Assembly (NCBI GenBank): GCA_001655205.1
Contig: LPNZ01010302.1
Span: 1 to 53,423 of the forward strand
Direction: 5' to 3'
Source of the DNA: Lenisia limosa
Taxonomy: Eukaryota; Protista; Breviatea
DNA length: 53,423 nucleotides
A program made the translations under genes and the position numbers. Under the pieces are notes generated by a model. It did not search any database, was not told the DNA's origin, and saw nothing but the letters and a program-made list of their open reading frames with translations. This document shows, one piece after another, positions 1 to 13,800 of this stretch (positions are counted from its first letter, which is position 1; each line of letters begins with the position of its first letter).

Positions 1-1179
1 ACCCCAAACTCCCCTCAAAACAGAGCCCAGCCGACCAGCGCTCCACACCCTCGTTCTACGCCGGGTACCCCCGGTGCCGGCCGGCTGCCAAGCTTTCCGC
101 CGGCACATTCGGCTTCTCATCGCCACCATGCACACGTGCCAAGAAATCCGCTGACACCGTCGGAGGAAGGTGGGAGGGGGTGGTCAGGTTTCTAGACAAA
201 TGAATTGGTATTAAATCTTGAACCGTATTTCCTTCTCATAGCAGTTCTCACAGTATTCCCCACGCTCAGAAACTATTATCTGTCATATTATTAGCTTCGG
301 CCAGATACAACCTTATTTTTTATTTCTCGTTGCTATAATAGATCGTCTTACTAGCTGTTTGATTCTAGGTTTTTCTCTTATTTCCAACCAAGCATTTGAC
401 CCCCCCCCCCNNNNNNNNNNNNNNNNNNNNNNNNNNNNNNNNNNNNNNNNNNNNNNNNNNNNNNNNNNNNNNNNNNNNNNNNNNNNNNNNNNNNNNNNNN
501 GTGGTTACCCGGGTGTATCGCTCCCCCATTCGACCTAACTTCCCACCGGTCCGGTCAAGGCCGTCAACTCCCCCGGAGAATGATGGTGAGGGAAGCAGTA
601 ACCGCTCTACTGACTGGGGAGATATCAAGCTTTTATACAATTTGTCGTGGAATGGAAAAGAAAAAAAGGGTTTTTCAGGGTATCGTGACCAATTCATATG
701 AGGTTTCATATCCCCCTCCTGTTCAGATAGCTTCTAATTACTGGTCCCATATTTCATTTGGTATATGATATGAGAAATGCTTTTTTTGTACCACACCCTA
801 CATTTGCCCGATATTATGATCCTATCCCTTTCACAGTATGACACTTGCAGGAAACGAAAGTGACCCAAAAGAGGGAGGGCCAGTCGCAATAGACCCGCCT
901 AGCCCAGAACGCTCATCAACGCAATCTAAAGAAGCCTCCCATGACGTGGCGCCTATAGAGCCTTCTCCCTCTGAACTCCCGTGTCCCACTGAAGACCTCC
1001 CGGAATCCTCTCAGGTAATGTTGAACCTTGTTTCTCCGGTCTTTCCTCCAATGCAACCCTTCCTCGTTCTGGCAAAGAATTTATTCCCTTCTCAGAGAGA
1101 GGAAACTTCATGTCCATCGCCTGGCCAAAATGCGGACCATCCCCTCCTAGCAGCTTTGGACCGAATGTCATCGCAATAG
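1..1179 (+). CDS. 3' part of an unidentified spliced gene, Pro/Ser-rich low-complexity C-terminus (partial)
   Basis: Open frame 1-169 (TPNSPQNRAQPTSAPHP...LTPSEE) ends at a gtgggag donor. Further open Pro/Ser-rich segments lie at ~501-587 and 838-1179 (ends TAG). Exact joins not resolved; an N-gap intervenes. Confidence 0.5.
294..337. repeat. Dispersed 44-bp intronic repeat, copy 1
   Basis: gcttcggccagatacaaccttattttttatttctcgttgctata matches 33524-33567 at 41/44 positions. Confidence 0.85.
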
Positions 1180-1563
1180 ATACGATTTCTTTTCCTTATT
1201 TCTTCATACATTAATTTTGAGTGTATTTATGGTTTAGCTTGGGTTGTGCGATTGCGATAGAGGAACCAAGGAACCAAGGATCGCTAACAGGGGCCTCCGC
1301 TCCCAGGAATTAATACATTGGTGGTGTAAGGGGTGTAAGGCAAGGTATCACAAAATGTGCAAAACTTGAAAGAAAACAACACTGTATTGAACAGACAGAC
1401 AGACAGATAACAATTGGATAACAAACAGACAAACAGATGATTTGCAGATGATGGGTGAGAGAAATGGAGAGCAATTGGAGAGGTGGACATGAAAGATGTT
1501 AACCGAAAACCGTGCCGAGTTATTCGGGCCGGGTTCGGTTCGGTCCATTCCGCAGCCGCGATC

Positions 1564-1572
1564 CGCGGGAAA
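1564..1572 (-). promoter_or_regulatory. E2F-like motif (TTTCCCGCG) in a CpG-rich patch upstream of the giant gene
   Basis: Matches the TTTSSCGC consensus within the GC-rich stretch 1510-1575. Motif match only. Confidence 0.25.
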
Positions 1573-1834
1573 CCCACAACCTGCCTGTGTCCTGGTTTGC
1601 TTGCTTGTTTGTTGTTTGTTGATTGCTGTTGTTGTATATCGGTTGTATATTGCAATTTCACAATACAAAACCCTTGAACTAAACCTTCCACCCATCCCTT
1701 CATGTTTTTTTGTAAGGCAATTATATCCTGTGAAACGTACCGTGTTTAAGTTACAAAAGAGAGGCGAGTAGGAACTCAGGAAGCCTACAGAGCAATTTTC
1801 TCCTGACCTGTGGTTACCTGGCTATTTGGGCATT

Positions 1835-1891
1835 ATGGTGCCGGCATTATTGCTAATAAGCTTAATATGCACGTTGTTGGGTGCTGGAGCC
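1835..1891 (+). other. Predicted signal peptide MVPALLLISLICTLLGAGA
   Basis: Hydrophobic core followed by an A-x-A cleavage motif. Confidence 0.8.
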
Positions 1892-4800
1892 GTTTTTGTT
1901 GAGCCACTTCAAGGTTGAGACTCATAATTGTGCTGTTAACCCAATGTAGAGGAGTTTCTCGACTTTAAGCAGTTTCAATCATTCAAAAAGGGGCTTTCAT
2001 TCTCCTTTGACGGCAGTTCAAACTCTTTTCAACATAGCGGAAGAGCCTTGAAGGTAGGTCCTGGTGTTTGCTGTTCCTGTTCACTCACTGTGGTGTCTGA
2101 AAAAGGCCTTTTTTGTTCACTTTATCCGTTGTCCATAATGATGAGCAAGGCCATATGAGGTGGTCATCTTATAGCCATCCAATATTGATCACACCATATG
2201 ACACCATATTTTATCGCGTTTTCTATTTTCCTGTGGTCTCTGTTTTTTAAGTTTTCCAGGTTGCTTACACCTCTGTCTATCTTGAGAATGCTGTTGTCAC
2301 TTTATCGGTTAGGGGGAGGGGTCTCAAAAACTCAATGCTCAGTTTGTTTGCCTCGGTCTTCACCCCGTAGAGTCACATCTTCGAAACCATCACCGACTCT
2401 CATCTCCATTTCAAAAACGTCACTTTCACAAGTGCTGAAAATGGTGAGCCTAACTCAATCAAAAAGCCATTCCATATCCTTTGCATTCTGCTTTTTATAA
2501 GTCTGAGATAAAACCACTCTGAGGGAACTCAGTTCGTTGTGCAGTTAACTTGTTCAGCCGAGGTCTTCAATACGACCCTCCCCTCCGGCCTTCTGGCCCA
2601 AACTGTGTCTAATTCGGTTGGCCAATCGGTTTAATTTTCACCTCGTCGCATCCCAATTAAACTTTATACAATTTATATGTTATATCCAAACTTTATACAA
2701 TTTATATGTTATATCCTAACTTTATACAAGAAAAATGATCTTCATATCACAACAAAAACTGCCTTCAGGGTTAGAGGTTTTTTGTGTTGGTGAAGTTGGC
2801 ATAAGTTTTATTCTCCAGACCATCACCTTTGAGTCATGCCGAGTTGTCTTGGCGTCAGGAGTGGGAGAAGCAAATGTTGCAATGGTTAGTTGGGATTTGA
2901 TTATGACGAGATGTGGAGGGAATGTCAAGCTTATTTTTCTCACCTGTTGTAGTTCCAACATTTCCAAGGAGATTTAATCATTATCTCTTCCATTTTCTCG
3001 CTCTACTCCAATGAAACTTTTTCGGTAAGGGAGGGATGCTATTTCAACTTGAAGGGATTTCCCATCTTTGGCCGTTCGGGTGTCAATACTTGCATAACAC
3101 AACAGGGCTCTAATGATGGAATTGCGTCATCGTTCCGAGAGGGTTCTTCCGTAACTATCGAGAAATCTTTTATGAGGGTAGGCGCTGTGTTGTTTGCGGT
3201 ATCAGCTGCCTATCATAGTGAAACATTATTCATGTAGTATTGTATCCATGCTTATCAGAGCATCTTTCGACTCAACCCATTTAGATGAACGCGCGCGGCG
3301 GATCACGGGCTTATTTAATCGGCCGCAGTCTGAGTGCCACCACAGTTTCTGTCACTTCCGCCTCCCTCCCCCTTTATGGGGCTGATGCCATTCGTCTCGG
3401 TGCTGGGGGGGGGGGGATGACTCTGTTTCAAAGAGGCTAATACCTCGATAAATACCGAATAACTGACATATCTTTGTTGACCATAGATCTAATTGCTAAC
3501 AAAATCTGAACGAAAAGCTGTCTTTTCTTGCACGTGCTAAATATTCATTTCGTTTCAATTTCCCGCGCATTTCCATTGCTTCTCACCCAATAGGTCTCAT
3601 GGGTACTCTTTCGAGTTCGTCTCTTTCAATATCCAGCACATCTTTCAAGGTCAGCTTGGTCGCGCTGTTGGTTTTGGAGATGCATATTTGAAATTCAAAT
3701 ATATATGTCAAGACAGACAGCAATGTTAGATTAGCAAACCGTGGAAAGACTCGAACGTGTGGCTGGTGCAGGAATTACATTGAATGTATCAGTGTATCAT
3801 GTTATTCAGCATTATAATGTAATGCCCACTGACTCTTCAGCACTTTGCCGAGGGACCTATAGGCGGTTTAGTCGAAACGCTCAGTCGCTCTTCAGTCTCT
3901 GTCAAGTCATCAACTGTATTGGGGTTCTGATGTGACTGTGTCTGCTTTGCCTTAAAAAAAGCGCAATTTCTCCAATTCTGTGTACAAATTTCTGCGACCT
4001 CCCTCCCCAGCTATCTACACAAGAGAACTTACCTCCCTCCCCAGTTAACCGGTATTATTTACCTCCCTCCCCAGTTAACCGGTGTTACGAACGCACACGA
4101 GTCCCTTTATCTCATTTCGTCGTCTGTGGAATCGTCAATCGTTTCTCTCAAGGATTCCGCTTTTTCAGTGACAGCGTATGACAGTATTCTGGTGAGCAGG
4201 TGCAAAAAGGATATAATACATGTATATGTTTCTTTTGACATGTTTCCCTTTCGCTTTGTTGACCGATAGGAACGATCTTCTGGCCTGGTTCTGGACCTTG
4301 ATAGCAAGTCCTCCCTGAGTGTTCTGGATTCCACCGTTGAAGTAGGGGGCTACAGATGGTTCACGCATCCGGGTTATTATCTATCTCGTCAACACCTGAC
4401 ATTATCTATCTCGGCAACACCTGACATTATCAGGTCAACGCCCTGCTTAACAGCACCGAAATTGGTGTCATAGCCAACAATGTTGCGGGTTCTGTCAGGT
4501 ATGTGGGCTTGACCCATCGTATCACATTCCAACCCCACTTTACTCAAACTAGTTTGACGAATGTGGATATCAGCGGTCTGATACAACCCGAACTCTCTTG
4601 CGCCAGCGCTATTTTCGCGTCCCTCAACCTCACGCACAACATTGCCATTAACGAGGTTTCCATTGCTGCCGTCTTCGACAGGGAGTCTTCTGATGCCGTT
4701 GTGGCTGGAATCGCATGGTTTGTGGTCTCTTTTATTTTGGTGTATCTCAACAGCTGTGAGGCAAATGATTAATGATTATATTCTATGAAGGGTATTGATA

Positions 4801-7800
4801 AATTATCCTTGTGAAAGTGCTGGGTTTGATAGATTATCCTTGTGAAAGTGCTGGGTTTGATCGATTTTCCTTGTGGAAGTGCTGGGATTTTTTTCACCGC
4901 CCCAGCTCTGCAGTGGAGACCAACGCCAACGCCACCATATCTGGTCAAAACGTAAGCCTAATGTTGTGAAATTCAGATGCCGTCCCAGTTTCCTAGTAAC
5001 TTGTTGATTAATTGGAGCAACTGACGCTCCAGGTCTTTTTGAAGTCCAACAAGGACCTGAAGGGGACTCAGGAGAATTCCTCTGTTCTCATTGTTGAGGG
5101 GCTTGAATTGTGGGTTCCGGGCTAAACTCTCGATATTTAGTTTTTGATTAGAGTGAAGCTCTTTTGGTGAATTTCTTGCTAACCAATATCTTTGAACCTC
5201 AGAGCTACCCTTTAATCTAACCCTTGTAGGTATGCTGGGGAGGCACGCAGAAAGCTGTGTGCACAGAGTTGTAAGGCAAATNNNNNNNNNNNNNNNNNNN
5301 NNNNNNNNNNNNNNNNNNNNNNNNNNNNNNNNNNNNNNNNNNNNNNNNNNNNNNNNNNNNNNNNNNNNNNNNNNTTTTCCTCATGGGGATAATTGTAGAT
5401 TTTTCATTACTTTAGGATCACCAATCTCGACATTGAAATGTCAGTCCTGACGCACTCGGCTATCAATCCCGACGCCAAGTCCCAAGCTACCGTTTTGGTA
5501 GGAGCTTGTGGCTTGATATTGTTCTTCTTTTTGACTTTTACCGGACCAAATGGAGCACCTAATCTTGTAGTTCTCAGACGAGATAACTCAGAAATTCCTT
5601 GATAAAACTGCACCATTCGACTTCGACGCTGAGGTTTGCGGCATTTTGAGTGAAAAAGGCTTTTACGGATCTCTCAATTCCTCACCCTTAAGTCGTGGTT
5701 TGCCTCCTACGATGCTGTGCGCGCCTTTTCTCCAGGTCAGCATTGAGATGTTGCTATTTCCTTCCTCATCAATTCTGACCCTCCTAGGCGCAACTGTTTA
5801 CGCCTCAACCTGTTCTGAGTTGGTGTCAATGGCTCCGAACACCATTGTTGAACTTTCTTCCAACATCGATTGCTGGGGCTATTCTCTCGACTCAACCATC
5901 CTGGTATGTTTTATGGACAGCTGTAGCCAGATCTTCCGTCGCCTTTTACCCCCAGGGAGACTACGCTATTACTGGTATCCTCGGAAACGGGTTTACTGTC
6001 GACGGACTCACTCTCAACGTTTGCAGGTCGTGTCGTCTTTTGCTCTCATTTATTGAATCAGAATTATCTCTGTTCTTTTTGTTTGAAAGATGGTATTGTT
6101 TCCACACCATTTTTTACGCATTTCATATCTCAGGGACCCCTTGTCTCCTTTGTCGGAAGATCTAGCATTGTGCTCGTGCGTTCTGTTACTTTCACCAACC
6201 TCCAAGGTGTGGTTGGTTCGGAGTATATTGTATCTCTTGATGTCTCCTTCTTAATCGTTTCAGTTGAAAGCACTGATATGCCAGCTCTTTTTGTTGGAGA
6301 AGTTTCAGGCGGATCTGTAAGGGGGGGGGGGNNNNNNNNNNNNNNNNNNNNNNNNNNNNNNNNNNNNNNNNNNNNNNNNNNNNNNNNNNNNNNNNNNCAT
6401 GATTTGCAGTTTGTGGACCTGACTTCAGTCACTGTCACGAACCCGATATCTCTGACCACATCTTCGGAAGTGTTCGGAACCTTTGTCGGTTCCGTCGGTA
6501 CCTCATCGGCTGTCATGGCCATCAACGTCAATGCCGATATTGTCGTCACTCAGGCTGCTGGGGTAGGCTGCAATTGAAGTTTACTTTCATGCAAAATAAT
6601 GTTTGCAAGTTTTTTGTTAAAGAGTAGATGACTCAGAGATAATCTGGAGACAAACGGTTCCTCTTTCTGATTCTGTGTGCAGTGAAACAGTCTTTTCTTC
6701 TCACCCATCTCAGTCTTTCAACTCGACTGGTGGTGTCGTTGCCGCTGCCTCAAATTCTCTCGTTATGTGCGTCTCATCCAACATTAAGGTGACAGGGATC
6801 TTATCAACCGTGGCCCTTAATGATATCCCACTTACCGATTCAGTTTGAAACGCTCTCAGCCTCGACCTACAGTGGCGGTGTTGTCGGCCTAGCTGAGTCT
6901 TCAGCTCTCAGGGTGCGCTGGGGAATGTCTCAAATAACACATACTATATGACAAGCAAACACTCGCACGAGACGTAACCTAGCTTGCAACTGACATTGAA
7001 GACTGTCTTTGTGGACGTGGAGTTGACAGTTCCGAATGCAAAGGTTGTTGGAGGACTCGCCGCGTCCCAGGCCACAGCCGTGAGGGGGTGAAACTGTTTA
7101 ATCAATGTCAATATCATAATGATACAATTTTGGGATATTATCTAACATAAAGAGCTGCCTCACAGTCCCAGACTGACGCCTTCATCTCCCCTCCTGCCGA
7201 CATTGCCTCGGCCTATATTTCAGCCTACTACTGCAACGTCATCGTCGTTGCTGATGGCACTAGCCTTGAGGTTGGGTTATCTGCAGTTACAATGGATGAG
7301 TATTTTCGAGAAATATATGTATTACTACATTGATAAATGTAGCGAACCTGACTGTTGCTCACACCTTTAGGCATTCGGCGGATTGACGTCATTCTCAGCT
7401 GGACAAGTGCTGGTTGAGGCTGTGACTATCACTGCGACTATTAACGTGGGGAAGGGTTGCGCTTGGCTTTCCATTTGCATTTTTATCGGATTCCACCACT
7501 TTTAATTGTTAAACTTTTTCTAATACATCGCAATATTTAGTGCCCACTTTTCTATCCATTCACAATGGGTTGCACAATGACCCCCTCAGACGTCCGAAAC
7601 CACCACACACGTTGCCGGTGTAGTAGGCCGCTTGCAAGGCGACAGTGAAGTGTCCGTTGTGTCCTCTGAAGTCAGTCTCACCGTTTCAAGCGGAGCAGTG
7701 GTGGGTGTCCAACTGCGGACCGGGGTTTTTGTGTGCATTAAATATTGTTTTCCTAGGCATTAACATCTCACTCCCCTTCCAGGCCCCTTCACCTTCCATT

Positions 7801-10800
7801 TTTGGAGGTTTGATTGGTGATGCTCTGTCCTCAGAGTCGCAATTCTCGTTAAAGAAGAACCTTATCACTCTCAATGGAGAAATCGTGAGGGGTCATTCTC
7901 ACTGTTTTGTGATATTTCTGTTCTTGAGTAAGGCAGTGTAACGCTTTAGGCATTGGAAAAGTTTGGTGCTGTATTTGGACAGGTGACATTGTCTACATCC
8001 TCCAGTCTCTACAGAACATCCATCTTCGGAACTGTGACGGTGAGCTACTATACCAAGGAACATGACGTAACAGTCCTTTTTGTCGGTGAATACTGACCAC
8101 TCCAGCACACTGCCAGCAGCGGATCCGCAGCAATCTTCTCGCCAACTGTCCTTCTTCACAAGGGGCCCACACGCTATACCATTTATTTTGGATGGAAGCT
8201 ACCTCTTAGCGACGACTCCGTCATGAGTCATGTAGTGTCACAGGTCAGGGCTTTTGGTTCCTTGTTCGTCACGCAATACTTCGTTGTCTGCAAGCTTCTT
8301 GCCAGCATTGATTAAAAATACATAATATTATGTGTATAGAATTGATTTAAACATATTCACGTTCTCAGCTCTCCATCACCTCTTCGGGACCCGTTTCAGT
8401 CTTCGCCGACTCTATTGAGGTGAGTCATGCCATCTCTATTGAGGTAGTCATTAAACAACATAATGCAGAGAATGACAGCATAATTATCTTAATACTCTTC
8501 ACCCCACCCAGCCCCATGCCACTAGCCCCTCTTCGGAGCTGTCAGTCAACTATATGAGTCTCAAGGCCCTAACCGGCCTTGGCACCCCCACGTTTATTAA
8601 CTCAACCTCTATCGCCGTGTCCATTAAACGCGTCTTTGTGTCCGGAGATATGGCATCCTACAACGGAGTCAGTGTTGTATGCTGGGCTATTGACTTGGCA
8701 CAACACACCGTAACCTCTGTAATTACTTGCCTCTATATAATAAGGCTAGTAATTGAGATTACCATAAATGACGTGTAAGCCACATAACTGATTGTAACCT
8801 TTAGGACGCCCGGTCGCCTTTAGAACTGTTCACTTCCGATGCGGCAGTCTTCGCCGATTCTGAATTCGGGGTTTGGTTTAACCAAGGTTGGGGGGGGGGG
8901 GAAGTTCATGTTGTGAACAGCCTTTGAGGCGATCTAACGATCCAGCTGGGCGGGTTGTCCCGATGCTCACTGGACTCGGCTTTTTGACTGTAACGAAATG
9001 TGAGGACTTCGCCACCCCCGCTGCCTACTACGAACTTGCAGTATGCAGGGCGGTGGTGGTTTGATATCTTTGTAGCAGTGGTGTGGACGGACTCTTCCCA
9101 CAAAACCCCGACTACTTCCTATTTCTTGGCGATGTTTTTTATGATACCTTCTCCACATGACCCTTTAGGCTGACATCGACTGTTCAGGCTACATGGGAGA
9201 GTTTGCCAAGGTTTGAGGAGTAACCCACGGATTATTGCTATGAAAATTATAGCTGACGTAAGTTTGATACATTCGTTCTTGAATTTGATTGTTTTCAGGC
9301 ATACGGCTTTTTCTCAATCAATGGAAATGGACATGAGATTTCCAATGTGCTCTTGACTCCAGGAAAGGTTAGGTCTACTCTTTTTTGGAGCCCTTTGCAC
9401 CCTTTGCACCCTTTGCATCCCCCCCATTCTTACTGACTTAGCACTTCATCGATTCCGGTTCCTACAGCGGATCCTTCAAGGAAATGACGTTCTCCAACCT
9501 CACAATCCAATGTGAAAAGGCGTCCGATTGTGGAATGTTCTCCGTTATCGATGGCGATGTGAGTTGAGGGCTGATTTTGATTCATTGAATGATATTCGGA
9601 CAGTTGCAAGGGTCTACTTTGGGGACAGAAGAAACGCTCTCTGACAGGGTATTTTGGCGTCATTTCTTCCAGCGCAACGAGGGGACCTACATCAGGATCA
9701 GTGACCTGACCATTCCAAACGCCCAAGTCATCGGGCTTGACGAAGATGCAAATTGTAGGGAGGGTGGGTGCAGATGATTTCGTTCGTGGCATTTTCCACC
9801 ATTACCTTGTAGTGATGCTTTTCTCCAACGAAGTTACTGCCAACGAGATTTCAGTTAAGAACTCCCTGATAACTGTGGACTACCAGGCGATCCAGGTCAG
9901 CGTTGCCTTGTAAACTCATAATTGACGTTACCCATGATGAACGGTGGATTATTTGGCTCAGATGCCATCATTGATATGTGCAAATAGCCTTTTAACCATT
10001 TAGACTGGAGAAAGCTCTTGTGCTTTTTTCTAACCCATTTAGACTGGAGAAAGCTCTTGTGCTTGTTTCGGCTTCAGTATGGTCGAAATTGTGGACATTG
10101 ACAAAACCATTTTTGACGTAAGCAAGGCTATTCTTGTGATGGCATAGTACAATTTTGGGTGCTATACCTATTGCTGATCTTACATCATGCTAACACCTCA
10201 GTCAACCTTCTCTGGCTGCTACAGTATGGCCTCGACTTTCAACCAAATCAATGCTAATGACTTGGTTGTGTCCAACTCTAGTTTCACTGTAGGCAAGACC
10301 GACAACTTTATCAATTTTGTTCAATCTTGTGATGTTCCCCCCCCCCCCCGCTTACCGTGNNNNNNNNNNNNNNNNNNNNNNNNNNNNNNNNNNNNNNNNN
10401 NNNNNNNNNNNNNNNNNNNNNNNNNNNNNNNNNNNNNNNNNNNNNNNNNNNCCATCGGCGGAGTCGCCAAGAAAATTACCAGGACCAAATGTGCGGAGGG
10501 GGGTTCTTTGTATTTGTGACTTGGGTTTCTCTCCTGGCCCTTTGACTTTGCTTCAATTGTGAGGGAATTTGTTCACGAATCATTGATAGTGTTTCTGTCA
10601 GCCAAGTACCCCATTGCCTTACATTGCAGATGTGACCTTCGAGAGCGTTACGGTTGAAGTGGAAGCCAGTGGTGACATTCTCCAGTTTGGTGAGGGGGTC
10701 TATGGTAGCTCCTCTGCTAAACAAAAACCATTATCTCGATAAACTCCACGTTTGCATTTCTTACTTAGCGCAGGGTCCCTTGCCGATACGGCCGATGTCT

Positions 10801-13800
10801 ATTGCGACGAAGTAGTTGCCCTTCGAGTTGATGTTGGCATTATTGGGGTATTGGTTTCAGACAAAACGGCCATGCTCCTATTTTCTTTGACATTTCTAGT
10901 CCACATCAGAGATCACTTCCACCGCCACACGCCCATCTTTCGGAGGGCTTCTCCGGCTTGACGATAGTGAAGTGTCGCATTTCCTTCAGGTCTCGTCCTA
11001 CCTCAAGGCCAACATCCAAGACAAAGTGGGTACTGTTCTTTTTTTTTTTTGAAACAAGAAATAATCTAACACTTTAACAATCTTGGGAAACAAATAACAA
11101 ATTCCCATACTTCTGTGTCCAATTCTCTTGATTCCATAGACATCTTATAGCCGTTATGACAACAGGGTTTCATCGGAGGCTTGGTTTCCGAGAAGGAATG
11201 GCCTGAGAAGACAGCAGTTTATTTCAAACGCTGTTCTATTGATGTCGACATCACTGCCACTGAACTACTGACTTTTGGAGGAGTAATGAGTTTCTTCTAT
11301 GAGGGCGAATTGGTAAGTTGAGCGCCGTTCTAATAGGTTGTGTTTTGAGCAGTCTTTTTTTGGCTCCGTTCCTGTATTACCATTGTGAATTGAGATGAAG
11401 AGAATTGAGGTTAGTTCAGTTTTTCACGCATTTAGTCAATCCTCGAGTCAACAACCAACGGACAAGTTCAATGCTCCTCTGTTAGTGGCTCAACTATTCA
11501 TACAATTGTACATATAATAAAGCTATAATACATATCAAATATCTCCTGTTGAATATCATACATATGAAATATCACCTGTTGAATACTGTTACGGAATGTG
11601 GTATTATTACCATTTATTGCAGTACATCTTACCTCTTAGGCCGAGGCTATGGGCAACATTGTCGGCCGCACAATGGATTCTGCCCTTCACGTGAGTTTGA
11701 CTTGGTTGTTTACTGTTTGTACTGCCACGTCATCAGAATTAACACCAACCTTAGACTGAGAAATTGCTGGGACTTGTTAACATGGTTGCAACCAGCGGTA
11801 ACGCTGCAGCAATGATCGGGTAAGCGTTTCACCAAAACGTTTGAGTTGCACAATACCACTCACCCTCTACTGCTTTTCTTTGCAACTCCTTGTATTTCTG
11901 ATGCTTCAATTAAGTACTGTTTTGTTTAGGTACTCTCACACATATTACGCGAATGCGCTTTTCCCTTACAAATCTTCCAAGATTGGTTTCACCCTTGTTA
12001 GCGAAATCAACGGTGGTACATCGCAGTTCACTGTTGGCTCTCTGTTCTTGATGCCGGACGTGCCTAATGCGGGATGGGATGCTGCGGTGTATGCTGGGAT
12101 GAGATTGATTTGCTAGGTCATATCGAAATCCAAGGATTTTCGGTAATTGCATGACCATGCAGAGCGCCACCCCAGCCTAGAGAGTCCACTGACCTGCCCG
12201 TTCCTTACTCCATCTGTGTCGGTATTTACAAGAAGGCGTCCGAACTTCACTTCATCCGGAGAAACTGTGGGTCACAACTTTCTTTTGCTTCCTTGCCTCC
12301 ACCGCCCCTTTGATAAACAGAATTCACTCTTCTCATTTGTCTAAAATTATCGTCACACAATTTAGCTGTCAGTGTTGACATTCTTGGATACACCAGATGC
12401 AAAAACAAGTTCAAAACACACGTATGTTGGCTTCACCACCAAATTTTGTGATGGTGTGAGTGATATCCGCCGGGATTCAAGGAATACCTTTCACCTCGTC
12501 ACCCCTCCCCCAGAGTATTCACGACTCGTTAAACACCATCATCAAGAGCGTCAAACTCACAGTTAATGAGGTGCCTTATGTCAAGAAAGAATTGACCTCA
12601 ATGTAAGATTGGCATGAGTTTGATGGTTGAATGCTGGATTGGCATGAGTTTGATGAACATTTCAGCGACGAGGCAGCCACGTTTGACGAGTTCCTCCCTG
12701 GCCTGTTGGAGAGGACTAAGAACGAACACAAGGCGGAGGAGGCAAAAGCCAAGGCAGATGAAGCTGCCATCAACAAGAGAGCGGAGCAGGAGAAGAGCAG
12801 TGGTGCTCTAGTGTACAGAGTATGCAAAGACTAATGTGTTATTTGACTTCACCATCCCAATAAGATGCCATGACCTCTTCAGTCGAGCTCGTCAGTGCTG
12901 AGGGGAAGCAGGGTCACGGTATACGATGCCGGCATGCCTAAAGACATCAAATCGCAAATCATGTCCCAAGGTCTGATTTCAGTAAAAGACATTTGATCAT
13001 TATAATCTGGATTTTGTTGTAAAATGAATATCATATCGATATTGTTTTTTTTTTTAGTTTTTTTGTAGTATTATATGGTACAGTCGATCTTAATAGTGTG
13101 ATGGACACCAGTCGATCTTACTAGTGTGATGGATGCCACTTGATCTTGGCGTTGAAGTGTACTTTTATTTGAGGATGTCGTGTCATCCATTTCAGAAAAG
13201 AGCGACACCTCCTACCCGGATTTTGCTGTCGACGACTGTTCAACTCTCTCACAAAGTGACATTCAAAGGTGAGCTGTCAGATTGACTGAGTACTGCTTTT
13301 AATTTCCATCATTAAGACGTACCAATCACAACGCTTATTTGCCTATTTTTAACACGTGCCTGACTTCGCAGCTACAAGGGTTCGGAGACGCTGATGCTCA
13401 AGGGTGACCTTGACTGTACCGGAGTTGCCCTCCCTCAGTTGACCCTTGTGAGCCCTCTTTCTTTGGCTTGGGTACAAACTTTGATCGACTTATATCTTCT
13501 CATAAAATGTGGCATTACCACATCGACTTAAATTCCATAAACATGATGAACTGACCTGACCCTCCAGTCTTCTATTCGAGGCAACGGTTTCTCAATTATC
13601 GGACTCAAATCCTCGGTATTGAGCGGTAAACCTTTTATGAAATATTATTGTCTGATGAAAACTGCTTTAACGTTTAGCACGCACCCTTCATTTCCGAGCG
13701 CTATTTCAACATGATGGAGACTCACATTGTTGGTGCTGAAGGTGGGTCTCAGCAGATGTCTCTTAGGGTTTTAGTGTATTTTTGGGGGGAACGAGGGTAC

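Noticed and set aside
1496-1860. Alternative starts for the giant gene (ATG 1496, or ATG 1702 with two 23-nt introns)
   Set aside because: ATG 1835 gives a complete signal peptide in frame with no tiny introns; upstream splice-like signals may be 5' UTR.
9934-9990. Intronic C-box-like RTGATGA words (also ~2139, ~19004) as snoRNAs
   Set aside because: No properly placed D box or terminal stem seen.
11521-11535. agctataatacatat shared with 46021-46035, and other AT-rich intron patches, as a MITE family
   Set aside because: Low complexity, no TIRs or TSDs, and the match does not extend.
2617-13195. Autonomous transposon in the two long introns
   Set aside because: No transposase, RT or Rep/helicase motifs, TIRs, LTRs or TSDs recognised.
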